Shown: positions 17,507 through 27,259 of the stretch, piece after piece
How positions within the stretch are numbered: position 1 is the first letter of the stretch
Layout of the letters: each line of letters opens with the position of its first letter
Source: Candidatus Aenigmatarchaeota archaeon
GTDB taxonomy: Archaea > Aenigmatarchaeota > Aenigmatarchaeia > Aenigmatarchaeales > JACQIB01
Direction of reading: 5' to 3'
Assembly: GCA_016198755.1 (NCBI GenBank)
Contig: JACQIB010000005.1
Location: 32,001 to 96,000, forward strand
DNA: 64,000 nucleotides
Made by a program: the position numbers and the translations under genes
Notes under the pieces: model-generated
The model's input: only the letters and a program-made list of their open reading frames with translations
Databases searched by the model: none
Told to the model about the DNA's origin: nothing

Positions 17507-20043
17507 TTTACTGCCTCTTTTTTAGTTGTAGTTGTTTCTGAGGGAATAAGTGCTTCCCTCATTTTCTCTGGTGTAAGGCTTGAGAAAGTTTTTGACATAT
17601 CCTTTGGCCAGCTTATTGTACCCTCCCAGAAGGCTTGGATTAAGGTTGCAGGATCAGCCTCTGAAAACCCCGACTTAACAAGCGCTTTTGTAGCAGTGCT
17701 TTCCCCTCCTGTCAAAACCGCCTCCACAACTGTTATTATGTCACTGGTCCCCCAGATTTTCAGATACTCGCGAGCATAATCAACATCCACATAACAATAG
17801 TTTGAAGCTTTATCCCCCAAATCTGTTTTGTCCATTGCAACAAAAACTGTTGGCTCACCCTCATAATCCTGAACTTTCCAGATTTTTGCAGTGCCCATAC
17901 AGGGTCCAACCAAATGGAAGCGGGGATTGGGGGGGATTGACATTAGCGCAGCCTGTATTCCTGCAAACCTTTCTAACCCAAGCGGTCTCCAGCTGCGCAC
18001 AAAAAACTTTTTAGAATCATTGTTAAGGTAAATAGGTTTCTCAAACCTCTGCCCATGTGCATACAAACATATAGAATTATCTGTGCAGGTCTCTTCTACA
18101 GTAGCCTGTGTTATTTCTCCTTTCCACCACCAGCCGCGCACATTTGCAAACGCAGTTACATCCAGAGTCACTACTTTATTTACCTCCAGCTTACCAAACT
18201 GCATTGGTATTGTTACTGGGAGCGCATTTGTGTTCTGCTCTGCAAAACCTATGAACCGCATTCTTTCTACTGGAGCTGTGCCAACAACGTTCCCTGCATC
18301 ATCTAAAATTTCCTGCTCCTTGAAAACATAATTATCCAAATAATCCCCATAGTAAGCTTTTGACCATTCATAATTGTCAGATTTCATTGTATTTTGCGCC
18401 AGCTTGGTTATCCTGTTTATCTCCTCCTCTGTAGGTGCTGATGTCTTATACACAATTTTTACCTTCTGCCCAAGCGTTTGTTTTGAAATACGCTGCTGCA
18501 CTTCAAAAACAAAATTCTCGTCCACCACTCTCGCAGGATCTTCCTCAAACATTTCCTTTATTATTTTGTATTGCAAAAGCTTTGAGTCACGCGGAATAAA
18601 CGCTGATTGAGCAGTGTTTTCTGAAAGCTGTCGCAAGTATTTCTGGAAAACTGTATTATCTACATAACTCTCAGACTTGAAACCAAGCTTTTTGGCAACA
18701 GTTGCCTTAAGCCTTGTGTAGGGGTGGATAGCCTCCAGTTTTGCCCAATTTTCCGCAGTCATCCTGTCTCCAAGCGCATCCACAAGTCCATTCCTTTCCA
18801 CATAATCCATATTATGCCTCTCCACAGCATACCCAAGACTGCTCAATGAAATTTTAAACTTTTCCCACTTCTGTATAAGTGGTTTGTATCCTTCCTTGAA
18901 AAATTGTGTCTGGGAAATTTCAAACTCACGTACAACACGCGCAGACGTCACATCCTTGTAATGGATAAGGTCTTTGTCTTTCCAATCTGTAGAAAACATT
19001 TTCCTGAGCCTTGCAGCCTCATTAGGCTCTGCAAAATCATTCAAATACGTTTCGAAAAGCTCTGTTGGAGTATATTGAAGGGTTCCGAAGCCTGCCGGAG
19101 GTATTGGATCCATTGTTTCGGCTATTTCAATTATTTTTCCCCCCTCTTCTTTGAAGTGTATATACCTTACTGTTCCATCATTGTCTATAATCTGTAGTGG
19201 TATTTTCTTTTTTGATATTGGAATTTTCCCGTCATTTGTAAGTACTGAAAAAACCTTAATTCTCGACCCCTCTGGTATTTCTCCTGCAAGCTCTGCAGAG
19301 CCCAAATCAGCAATATACACAGAATCATCGAAAAAGCCTATTTTTGAAAGGGATCCCACTTCTGTTTTGCCTATCCTTTTGTAAGCTGTGGTTACAAGCA
19401 TGTCTATTCCTCTCTCCTGCTTTTTTGCTATTATTGATGGATCCAGATTCAAATCCTTCGAAAGAGCTTCACCCCCGCCGCGTGCATTCTTTTCAACAAA
19501 TTCCACTCTTTCAGAATTTTTTATGGCTGCTCCAGCAGAGCGGAGGAATTGATTGGTTTTGTAACCAGCTTCCGCTGCTCCGCGTCCAATTATTTTCGAA
19601 CCCCCAACCAGAAGTGCTTTTCCAGAGCGGAAAGCTCCCCAGAAAACTAACTGCCCGCCTGCTCCACCGCTCCATGGATAGCTCTCTTCCCACATTGCAG
19701 CACCACCTGAGAAAAATCCCTCCGGAAAGCGCTCATAATAAACCTGATACTGCGGAACAGAACCCCCCCAGAAAGCTCTCCAATATCCTTCAAGTCCATC
19801 AGTGTGTTCTTGGCAGAGCTTTACATCAGCTGTATCATAGTAAATAGGATCTGTTGGCTGGGAATCTCCATTCCAGTAAGGGAAATCTGGAGAGGAAACT
19901 CTATCTACTCCTCTGGAAAGCCCAAGAGCTGTCTGGTTTGCCAATCCTGTACATTCCACAGAACCGAAAACATTCATTAAAACAATAAACAAAGCAAACA
20001 AAAACAATATTCCAACAACAACCTTCATTGCTTCCTCAGGCAC
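17503..20043 (-). CDS. Large single-TM protein with Cys-free central insert
   Basis: N-terminal TM, Cys-containing N and C regions, no Cys between C77 and C653. Confidence 0.8.
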   Translation of the reverse strand: MPEEAMKVVVGILFLFALFIVLMNVFGSVECTGLANQTALGLSRGVDRVSSPDFPYWNGDSQPTDPIYYDTADVKLCQEHTDGLEGYWRAFWGGSVPQYQVYYERFPEGFFSGGAAMWEESYPWSGGAGGQLVFWGAFRSGKALLVGGSKIIGRGAAEAGYKTNQFLRSAGAAIKNSERVEFVEKNARGGGEALSKDLNLDPSIIAKKQERGIDMLVTTAYKRIGKTEVGSLSKIGFFDDSVYIADLGSAELAGEIPEGSRIKVFSVLTNDGKIPISKKKIPLQIIDNDGTVRYIHFKEEGGKIIEIAETMDPIPPAGFGTLQYTPTELFETYLNDFAEPNEAARLRKMFSTDWKDKDLIHYKDVTSARVVREFEISQTQFFKEGYKPLIQKWEKFKISLSSLGYAVERHNMDYVERNGLVDALGDRMTAENWAKLEAIHPYTRLKATVAKKLGFKSESYVDNTVFQKYLRQLSENTAQSAFIPRDSKLLQYKIIKEMFEEDPARVVDENFVFEVQQRISKQTLGQKVKIVYKTSAPTEEEINRITKLAQNTMKSDNYEWSKAYYGDYLDNYVFKEQEILDDAGNVVGTAPVERMRFIGFAEQNTNALPVTIPMQFGKLEVNKVVTLDVTAFANVRGWWWKGEITQATVEETCTDNSICLYAHGQRFEKPIYLNNDSKKFFVRSWRPLGLERFAGIQAALMSIPPNPRFHLVGPCMGTAKIWKVQDYEGEPTVFVAMDKTDLGDKASNYCYVDVDYAREYLKIWGTSDIITVVEAVLTGGESTATKALVKSGFSEADPATLIQAFWEGTISWPKDMSKTFSSLTPEKMREALIPSETTTTKKEAVK

Positions 20044-20047
20044 TCTA

Positions 20048-20314
20048 TCACCCTGCGCAGCCGCAGGTTTTGTTTACCTGCTGCTCAGTATATCCAAGCC
20101 TGCTTTGCAAATCCCCAAAAGTATACTGCTCATTGCACTGTATGTTATAATTTTTACAGACAGGTGCAAACTTTGAACAGCAGGCTAAAAGGGCTCCATA
20201 GTCTCCGCCCTGTGATATAGGTAAGTATACAAAAAAATAAAGTATTGCAGACAGTGCAACTATTAACACAAGCACTATTATAAGCGCTGTTGTTGTGTTT
20301 ATTGGCATCTCCAT
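20048..20314 (-). CDS. Small Cys-rich pilin-like protein
   Basis: MEMPINTTTALIIVLV; ACC...C...C...CGC. Confidence 0.75.
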   Translation of the reverse strand: MEMPINTTTALIIVLVLIVALSAILYFFVYLPISQGGDYGALLACCSKFAPVCKNYNIQCNEQYTFGDLQSRLGYTEQQVNKTCGCAG

Positions 20315-20318
20315 GATA

Positions 20319-20684
20319 TCACTTCACAGCAATATTTGAGCTACATATCTGCCCGCAGTTTGCCTTGCACTCATTCCATGCTGCGGAATCTGTCTCCCCA
20401 AAGTCTGAGATAGATCTTCCTGTCCTGTCAGAGCAGAACTGGCGCAGCCCAGGCTTTGTTTTATCCCCAGGAACCTCTATAAACCTCTGATCTTCAAGTA
20501 TTCCTGCAGAAACTTTACATCCAACCTGAGCCCATTTCCCGCAATAATTCACTTTATTCACATCATCCCCGGGTTTTTGGCCAAGCTGCAGGGCTATTAC
20601 AGCAATTGCCCCTACTATAATAACTATCACAGCAAAAATAACAAAGTTCTTAAGTGTGCTTGGTGCTTCAGAATCCCCTTTCAT
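20319..20684 (-). CDS. Pilin-like protein (class III signal-like)
   Basis: MKG|DSEAP plus TM; 6 Cys. Confidence 0.75.
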   Translation of the reverse strand: MKGDSEAPSTLKNFVIFAVIVIIVGAIAVIALQLGQKPGDDVNKVNYCGKWAQVGCKVSAGILEDQRFIEVPGDKTKPGLRQFCSDRTGRSISDFGETDSAAWNECKANCGQICSSNIAVK

Positions 20685-20716
20685 GGATTTAGGTAGTATT
20701 TGATAGGAGATAAACC

Positions 20717-20845
20717 TTACGCTGGGTTTAAATTTCCTAAATAAGGCAGAACAAACAGGGTTATTACAGCCACAAGCACTATTACAGCAGCTGACATTAT
20801 CAGTATTTTTGCGAGCAGCATTATATCCCCCTTTCCTATTTTCAT
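20717..20845 (-). CDS. 42-aa mini-pilin (not in ORF track)
   Basis: MKIGKG|DIMLLAKILIMSAAVIVLVAVITLFVLPYLGNLNPA*; ATGA overlap with the upstream stop. Confidence 0.75.
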   Translation of the reverse strand: MKIGKGDIMLLAKILIMSAAVIVLVAVITLFVLPYLGNLNPA

Positions 20846-21156
20846 GTGCTCACCCTTTTTGCCGGCTTGCAGTATGTGCCTTCACATACATTTCCCGCCG
20901 GACAGTCCTTTCCTGAAGCACAGCCGCACTGTTTTTCAGAAATTCCTTCACTCGCTCTTACTATACAAATGAACCCTTCTGGGTTGTCCTTACAGTTATC
21001 ATTTGTTGAGCAAGCAGCTGTCAGAGTTGTACTTGTGTTTCCATCTACAGGCCTGTTGTACAGATTCTGGGAAAAAGCTAAAACAACCATAATAAACACT
21101 AATATTCCACCAACAAGGAGTGCAGCTTGGTCAAAATCTCCCTTCATTTTATTCAC
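20842..21156 (-). CDS. Cys-rich pilin-like protein
   Basis: MNKMKG|DFDQ plus TM; 8 Cys in two C-x4-C modules. Confidence 0.75.
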   Translation of the reverse strand: MNKMKGDFDQAALLVGGILVFIMVVLAFSQNLYNRPVDGNTSTTLTAACSTNDNCKDNPEGFICIVRASEGISEKQCGCASGKDCPAGNVCEGTYCKPAKRVST

Positions 21157-22976
21157 CCTGTTACTTTTACTGTGGCTGTGTTTATAATGTTGCCCTGTCC
21201 CGTAAGCCTTACAAATCTAAATGGATCTGCTATAAAGGTAGTATCTTTAGTGAAATTCTGCCCGCTTGTTCTGTACAGTTCTTTCCATGTTTTTCTATCA
21301 GTAGAAAACTCAACTTTAACTTCATCTCTGGAAGAGAAAGTTGCTTCTATACTGGCAGAGAGTTTTGTATATTCTTTTCTCAAATCAAACTCTATTTTAT
21401 CTTTCCCGCAATCATCTCCCAAAGGAACCCCATTACCGCAGCTGTCTGTTCCGACAATTTCCCCATCCCCCTCTGCAGGCAGTATTACTATAGACCTATC
21501 CAAAGCCCCAGCCCTTTTTGCAAATACACCAGCCTGTATAAGCTTTGGGTCATCTAGGCTGCAGCGCTGAAAATCTGATGTCTTCCGATAAAAACGTTTC
21601 CCATCAAAACAGAATGGCTTTCCATCCCCCTGTCTCTCCTCTTTGAACTCTCCTGCAATGTCCCAATTGAAAATATATATTGTATAGGTTTTCCCTGCAT
21701 CAAGAGTGGAGAGTGGAGATAACGCAGTTATGTGATTTATACCTCCCTTCCCAAGAAACTGCGCAGCTTGTGTCCCTCCACTCTTATAAAATAAGTTTAC
21801 ATTAAGCTTGTTCCCGTTCTCATCTTCCCTTAGCTGGACCTGTTGGTATTCAGTTATGTTAGAAGCTGCTTTTCCTATACACTCTTCCTTGTTATTGCAG
21901 GTTCCAATATCAAAATCAAATCCTGATTTATCCTGTATCAATCCTACAAAATCCTCTATAGAAATGCTGTTTGTTACAGAATAATCTGAAATCTCCGTTA
22001 GTCTGAGCTCAGGTATCAATGAGCCTGCTTCTTCTGTTCTCTTAAAGTTTTTCAGATAATAAGAAAGCTGGTCTGCAACAGCTCCGCTTGACAGTGAAGG
22101 CTCTGAAGAGTGCTTTGGTATGCGCAGAAAATCTATATTGTATTTACAGCCTGAACCGCATTTCTTTTCCTTTGGATTCTCATATGGAACCCATTTAACA
22201 AGGTAAAGCATGGTATTGGAACTTGGATAAAGGGAGGGGGGGCTCTTTCCTTTTTCAAGTTTGTCTGAAACAAGATAAGAACTGTTTGTTATATCAGTCT
22301 GCCAGACTGTTATTTTGTCTTCCCCGCCACAAAGAGAAGAACAGCTCTCACCCTGCAACGGGCTGGAAACAGAATCTGTTCCAAAGGTTTGTGAACCAAC
22401 AGAAACGCAGTTGCTGTTCCCAAACTTTAAGGTTTCCAAAGAATTGTGCACAAAGCGGGAAAGTGTTCCGCAGATTTTCTGACCTGAAAATTCTCTGAGG
22501 GAAAGTTGTTTTGTAAGGCATTGTTCATCTAACAGCGGGGAACACGGAGAGCATGATTGAACAGTTAACTTATCCCTTTCTTTCTGGGATAAATCATTAT
22601 AATAGACAGGCCTCTGCTTTTCAGAATTCCATGGAACATCAAATGTACCCCAGCCTACAATACTGTCTTTGCTGAAAGGAAGGGAAGCACCATGTGGATA
22701 GTTGCCGTTGGAAACAAAATCAGATGATATATCCTTTGCTATTTTACATGAAATCTGTGAACTTGTAAGCGGCTGTCCATCCTCTGTTAAATTTATCTGA
22801 GGCACAACACCAAGCATATCCAGAAATTCAAAACCATTTGGAGTTTCAACCCCTGGTTTTGTAGGGAAAGGATTAAAATCCAAGTTAATTAGCTTCAAGA
22901 AAGATCCAAAGAGTAAAAGAGCTATAACTGCTGCAACAACAATAACAAGCAGTGTTATAGTACTAATCCTGTCCAT
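21153..22976 (-). CDS. Large pilus-associated adhesin-like protein, paralog A, with C-terminal discoidin-like domain
   Basis: N-terminal TM; shared core motifs; C-terminal IEFDL..VEFSTDRKTWK..RFVRLT. Confidence 0.7.
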   Translation of the reverse strand: MDRISTITLLVIVVAAVIALLLFGSFLKLINLDFNPFPTKPGVETPNGFEFLDMLGVVPQINLTEDGQPLTSSQISCKIAKDISSDFVSNGNYPHGASLPFSKDSIVGWGTFDVPWNSEKQRPVYYNDLSQKERDKLTVQSCSPCSPLLDEQCLTKQLSLREFSGQKICGTLSRFVHNSLETLKFGNSNCVSVGSQTFGTDSVSSPLQGESCSSLCGGEDKITVWQTDITNSSYLVSDKLEKGKSPPSLYPSSNTMLYLVKWVPYENPKEKKCGSGCKYNIDFLRIPKHSSEPSLSSGAVADQLSYYLKNFKRTEEAGSLIPELRLTEISDYSVTNSISIEDFVGLIQDKSGFDFDIGTCNNKEECIGKAASNITEYQQVQLREDENGNKLNVNLFYKSGGTQAAQFLGKGGINHITALSPLSTLDAGKTYTIYIFNWDIAGEFKEERQGDGKPFCFDGKRFYRKTSDFQRCSLDDPKLIQAGVFAKRAGALDRSIVILPAEGDGEIVGTDSCGNGVPLGDDCGKDKIEFDLRKEYTKLSASIEATFSSRDEVKVEFSTDRKTWKELYRTSGQNFTKDTTFIADPFRFVRLTGQGNIINTATVKVTG

Positions 22977-24325
22977 TAACCCACCTCAAATAGAGAAACA
23001 GAAACATCCCGCAGCTTGTTTTCTTTTATTATTTTCCCTTTATCCTGCCAGTTCTCCCGTATACAGTCCCTCTTTGGCTTGCATTCGCTGTCACAAGAAT
23101 TTGTATCTTTTGTGCAGGCACCGCAGGTTGGATTTCCGCCGCAAGCGCCAGTACAGTCAGTTGTTTCCCTTTCAGCTGTTATACCCCACTTCCTTATTAT
23201 AACTCTATACTGTTTTCCAGCCTGCAAAGTCCCGCTGTCCGAAACAGTTGTGTACAAGTTAAGGTCGTTATAGTTTGGATCCTCATATGTACATACACCT
23301 GTGGTTTCCTTCTTGAAAAATCCTTCAGGCTTTACATTTATACAATCCTCCCCTGTACATGCTCTGTACTTTACGTCATATTTTGTTATTTCTTTTACTT
23401 TCTGTGCAAAAGCCAAGAAAGAAATATCTGCTGAGGGTGTAAAGTAAAAATCTTTCTTTTCCCTTATACCCTCTGTATAGGCGCCTGCAGTTTCAGATCT
23501 GGCTGCTGATTTGAGAACATTACCTACAGTCTCACCTAATTGATCTGCTTCAAAATTCCCAAGCTGTTCTGTTTTTGGGACGCGGGGAAAGTGGAGATTA
23601 TATGTTTTGCTTGCGCTATCCCAGTAAAGAACATAAGAATAGGGCCTTCCATCCTGCACAAGTGCAGATTCTGTATAGGAATCTGAGGTAACCTCACTCT
23701 CAGATGTAACATCAGCTTTCCAGTCCTTTATCATATCCCCCCCAGGGCAGGTCTCTGAGCAAGCCTGACCAGAGCTGAAAGAAGCACAGTGATCGTTTCC
23801 GAACTTTACAAGATCCCCGTTCTGGCTTGATATAAAGTTTCCGCAGAGTTTTATCTCAGAAACATTCAAAATTCCAAGATTCGCAGAAACACAGGCCTCA
23901 TCAAAAACCGAAGGACAGGGAGCACAGATAGAATTTCTCAAAGTATTTTTCTGTTTTTCTGTGAGTGTCCAGTCTGAACTAAGGTTGAAAATCCCGCCTG
24001 AAACAATGCAGGTTCCAAGGAAACAGAATTCCCTCTGCCCCTTTGTCCCGTATTTTGAAATATCCAATGCAAGGTCCTTTGCTATTGAACATCCAACCTC
24101 TGAGGAGGCAAATGTTGGGGAGGAAGAGCTGATAGGTCTGTAAACCTCAAAAATACCGGGAAAGTCTGCACGCGGGAAAACTGGTAAGGTTGTCCTTGTT
24201 GTAACTATTGTTGTTGGAACATTGGGGGGGTGTAGAGAAAAATATGGAACTGCTATTGCTATTGTTATGCCAAGTGCAACAATGCCCATAACTACTGCGA
24301 ACAGTTCCCATTTTGTTATTTCCAT
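22976..24325 (-). CDS. Large pilus-associated protein, paralog B
   Basis: N-terminal TM; core motifs CSIAKDL, CPSVFDEAC, KFGN..C. Confidence 0.7.
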   Translation of the reverse strand: MEITKWELFAVVMGIVALGITIAIAVPYFSLHPPNVPTTIVTTRTTLPVFPRADFPGIFEVYRPISSSSPTFASSEVGCSIAKDLALDISKYGTKGQREFCFLGTCIVSGGIFNLSSDWTLTEKQKNTLRNSICAPCPSVFDEACVSANLGILNVSEIKLCGNFISSQNGDLVKFGNDHCASFSSGQACSETCPGGDMIKDWKADVTSESEVTSDSYTESALVQDGRPYSYVLYWDSASKTYNLHFPRVPKTEQLGNFEADQLGETVGNVLKSAARSETAGAYTEGIREKKDFYFTPSADISFLAFAQKVKEITKYDVKYRACTGEDCINVKPEGFFKKETTGVCTYEDPNYNDLNLYTTVSDSGTLQAGKQYRVIIRKWGITAERETTDCTGACGGNPTCGACTKDTNSCDSECKPKRDCIRENWQDKGKIIKENKLRDVSVSLFEVG

Positions 24326-24445
24326 TTACCCCCACCCGAAAAGCTTTGGGATATTAGCTCCGCCAAAGACAAGGAATAATGCTGCCACAAGCACTATTAT
24401 AAAAAATACTATAATACTATAGCTCTCTGCCCAAACATTGCTCAT
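24326..24445 (-). CDS. 39-aa single-TM microprotein (not in ORF track)
   Basis: MSNVWAESYSIIVFFIIVLVAALFLVFGGANIPKLFGWG*; fills the gap between flanking genes. Confidence 0.7.
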   Translation of the reverse strand: MSNVWAESYSIIVFFIIVLVAALFLVFGGANIPKLFGWG

Positions 24446-24447
24446 AA

Positions 24448-26637
24448 TTAAACCTCTTTTATTGTCATTGTACCTGAACGCTCATTATTCTGCTCATTAA
24501 CTTCTGTGACAGAGTTTGCGCTGTCTGCGATAACTTTTATTTCCTTTACACCAGCAGTATCAGGAGTCCACTGGAAACGCACCCCAAGTTTCTCCCTGCC
24601 TGAACCAGACTGCTGCAGAATATCTATAGTCTGTGTGCTTATTGTTTTGCTGTTCACAACAAGAGCAACTAAAAAGTTTGATACTGGAATGGAACCTCTG
24701 TTCTCTATAACAGCATCTATCTGAATCTGAGATCTTACAACACCGTTTGCTGGTATTGCAAAATCTGAAACTAAAATATCTGTGCCCTCAACTGAAAATG
24801 TTGCAGAGCCTTTATTGTTCTCCTCATTTGTTTCTTCAACCTCCTCTTTTGTGTCTGCGAAAACAACAACCCTGTCTGCGCCAAGTCCTGGGCTAAGTGT
24901 AACAGTCTGCCTGATTGAACCTTTTGCTGGTATATTTGGAGCCGTTATCTTTTTCGAGTCTGCGCCAGAAGAAACAGTAACCTCAAAGGCTGAAGTTTCA
25001 ACATCCCCAATATTTGCAATATCGTATGTAATAGTAACAGAGGGGTTGGGATTTGTTGGTGTGGCTGTTAGTTTCTGTGGTTCGAGAGAAATGGATTTTA
25101 CAACAATATCAGGCCTTAATTGACCTAAATCAACCAGAACAAGAGAATAGTCTATATAGCCCCCGAACTGCTTCCAGCTGTCTAATCCCTGCCCACCGCA
25201 CCAACTGCCGCTTACTATACACATATCATCCTTTATGCAATAACCTTCATTTTTTTCAGATAGAACCGGTGTTCTTTCCCACTTGTTCAAAACAACATTA
25301 TATCTGTGGTCTGCCCTTAGTAAAGTATTAGGTTCTACAGAAGTCTTTATTTTAAATGTTCTTAAGTCTTTATTCAGGTTTTTACAATTTACTAGGTCTG
25401 AAGCTGTGTAATGAGCAAGTGCTGCATTAGTATAATATTCCTTATATTTTTTCTCTATTATAGAAGTCGCATAACACATATTCCCTTGGCATTGCTCTGT
25501 CGGAGCTATTATATAATCGCCAACACCGCTCGCTTTTCTATCTCCACCAAAATCTATGTCGGGGGCAATCCTTATTTTTCCTATACGACTTGTGAAATCT
25601 TGTGTGAAACTATTTATGTTATACTCTGTGGCTGGAACAAATGTTGTGTTGTAAATTGTCCTGAATTCTGGTTTTGCAAAACCTGCTGCTGTTGACCTTA
25701 CAGGAGTGGTTTTAAATGTATCTGCAAGACTGAGAGCCACACCCTGCGGAGCTGTTCTTCCCTTTTCATCTCCAAGAGATATTTTGGGTATCTCATAGTG
25801 ATAAGCTTTGTCGGATTTGTCCCAGTAAAGTGCCCATGAATACTGGGGAGTGCAGTCTCCTCCTTTGCACTCCGGTGGGAAAGCTGTATTTGAAAGCTTT
25901 GTATCATCCACCTCAAGCTCATCTCTTTTATTTCCAAATTTGCTTGCCTGCGCTTTCGCATTTTTAACAGAGTCTGCTGCACCACATACTCCACAATCAA
26001 AACTCCACTCTGAAGAGCTGGAACATACTTTATTTCCAAACGCAAAGGAAGCAGCTCCGGGCACTGAAAGGCTGCTGCATAATGGAACTTCAGAAGCATT
26101 TAGATGGGAGAGAGCTGCTGTTATGCAAGCCTCATCAAAATGGGAAGGACAGGGAGTAAAAGAACCTGTATCAGAGCAGTATTCTTTTAGTTTTTTCAGC
26201 TGCTCTGCTGTTAAATCCTCTGCTTTCCAGGGATTACCAGTTGCAGGATTTTTCTCTATTATAAAACGCTCTGTTGCTATAAGTGCGAGGTCTGTGCCCT
26301 GTATTTTTTTCTGCTCATCCACAACCCTTGGGTTTACACCATGTGCAAGCAAATCAGCCTGCATTGCCCTTGCTATTTTGCAGGCTATTCTGGTTGATGT
26401 TTCAGGCTGGGAATCCTGAGTAGGGTCTGATTTAGCTAAGGAACCAAAAGGTTCGCTTACGAAAACAGTAGCATCTCCGCCCCCGTTAGTACCGGGTTTA
26501 TGGCCGCTGACAATATCCTGAATCCACTTGTTTATGTTTTGCATATTTGGAATAACAACAACAAGAAGGGCAGCAGCAAGCAGAATGACTAGAATAGCTA
26601 TAATGGCTGCTGTTAAGGTATTAATTGCCCCTCTCAT
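24448..26637 (-). CDS. Large pilus-associated protein, paralog C, with two CARDB domains
   Basis: MRG|AINT plus TM; PDIVV..NIGD..EETNEENN and TDILV..NRGS..DSANSVTEVNEQNN. Confidence 0.8.
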   Translation of the reverse strand: MRGAINTLTAAIIAILVILLAAALLVVVIPNMQNINKWIQDIVSGHKPGTNGGGDATVFVSEPFGSLAKSDPTQDSQPETSTRIACKIARAMQADLLAHGVNPRVVDEQKKIQGTDLALIATERFIIEKNPATGNPWKAEDLTAEQLKKLKEYCSDTGSFTPCPSHFDEACITAALSHLNASEVPLCSSLSVPGAASFAFGNKVCSSSSEWSFDCGVCGAADSVKNAKAQASKFGNKRDELEVDDTKLSNTAFPPECKGGDCTPQYSWALYWDKSDKAYHYEIPKISLGDEKGRTAPQGVALSLADTFKTTPVRSTAAGFAKPEFRTIYNTTFVPATEYNINSFTQDFTSRIGKIRIAPDIDFGGDRKASGVGDYIIAPTEQCQGNMCYATSIIEKKYKEYYTNAALAHYTASDLVNCKNLNKDLRTFKIKTSVEPNTLLRADHRYNVVLNKWERTPVLSEKNEGYCIKDDMCIVSGSWCGGQGLDSWKQFGGYIDYSLVLVDLGQLRPDIVVKSISLEPQKLTATPTNPNPSVTITYDIANIGDVETSAFEVTVSSGADSKKITAPNIPAKGSIRQTVTLSPGLGADRVVVFADTKEEVEETNEENNKGSATFSVEGTDILVSDFAIPANGVVRSQIQIDAVIENRGSIPVSNFLVALVVNSKTISTQTIDILQQSGSGREKLGVRFQWTPDTAGVKEIKVIADSANSVTEVNEQNNERSGTMTIKEV

Positions 26638-26674
26638 GGATTAGAATTAGTATAACCTGATTTATAACCCTTTT

Positions 26675-26887
26675 CTATACAGGTATGGAAGCACAGGCTC
26701 CTGATCCAAACTGAAATTGTGGGCCAAGAGGCAGCCAGAATATAACAGGGCAGATTATGCTGCTTAGTATAGTTCTGTTGAAAATTATTAATATCACAGC
26801 TATTACAATAACTGTTATTGCAACATATATCAGTATATCCGGGGATTTCTGCACAGCCTCTGTTTTTGCCTCATCTTCTTGCACCAT
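26675..26887 (-). CDS. Small single-TM pilin-like protein
   Basis: MVQEDEAK.. plus TM and Cys pair. Confidence 0.6.
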   Translation of the reverse strand: MVQEDEAKTEAVQKSPDILIYVAITVIVIAVILIIFNRTILSSIICPVIFWLPLGPQFQFGSGACASIPV

Positions 26888-26895
26888 TGAAACAC

Positions 26896-27108
26896 CTAAA
26901 TTATAAGCCAGGCGCACTGGCTCTTTGCATCAGAAAAGGGTGGGGGCTTTAAAATACCTTTCTCATGGGCCTGTATACATAATCCTCTAAAGGGCGGGGT
27001 TCCGCCAGTGGAAGAGAGAAAAAAGCCTATGAAAAGAATGGAAGCTACAAGAGCTACCAAAATTAAAATAACCAGATTCGCACCAGACATCATTGGCCAT
27101 GTAACCAT
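26896..27108 (-). CDS. Small single-TM pilin-like protein
   Basis: TM and Cys pair; abuts the upstream stop. Confidence 0.65.
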   Translation of the reverse strand: MVTWPMMSGANLVILILVALVASILFIGFFLSSTGGTPPFRGLCIQAHEKGILKPPPFSDAKSQCAWLII

Positions 27109-27258
27109 TTATCTCAACCTGCTCCCCCATTTTAAAAACTCCCAGATTTTATTCATAGGAATGACCTGTGTTAGTATAATAATAGAAATAATAACAGCAA
27201 ATACAACCAAGAGTATTACGAAAGCAGGCCTTGTTGCAAATTCTGATCTTGTCTGCAT
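27109..27258 (-). CDS. 49-aa single-TM microprotein (not in ORF track)
   Basis: MQTRSEFATRPAFVILLVVFAVIISIIILTQVIPMNKIWEFLKWGSRLR*. Confidence 0.7.
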   Translation of the reverse strand: MQTRSEFATRPAFVILLVVFAVIISIIILTQVIPMNKIWEFLKWGSRLR

Positions 27259-27259
27259 T

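Noticed and set aside
21153-26637. Diversity-generating retroelement acting on the adhesin loops
   Set aside because: No reverse transcriptase and no near-identical TR/VR pair seen
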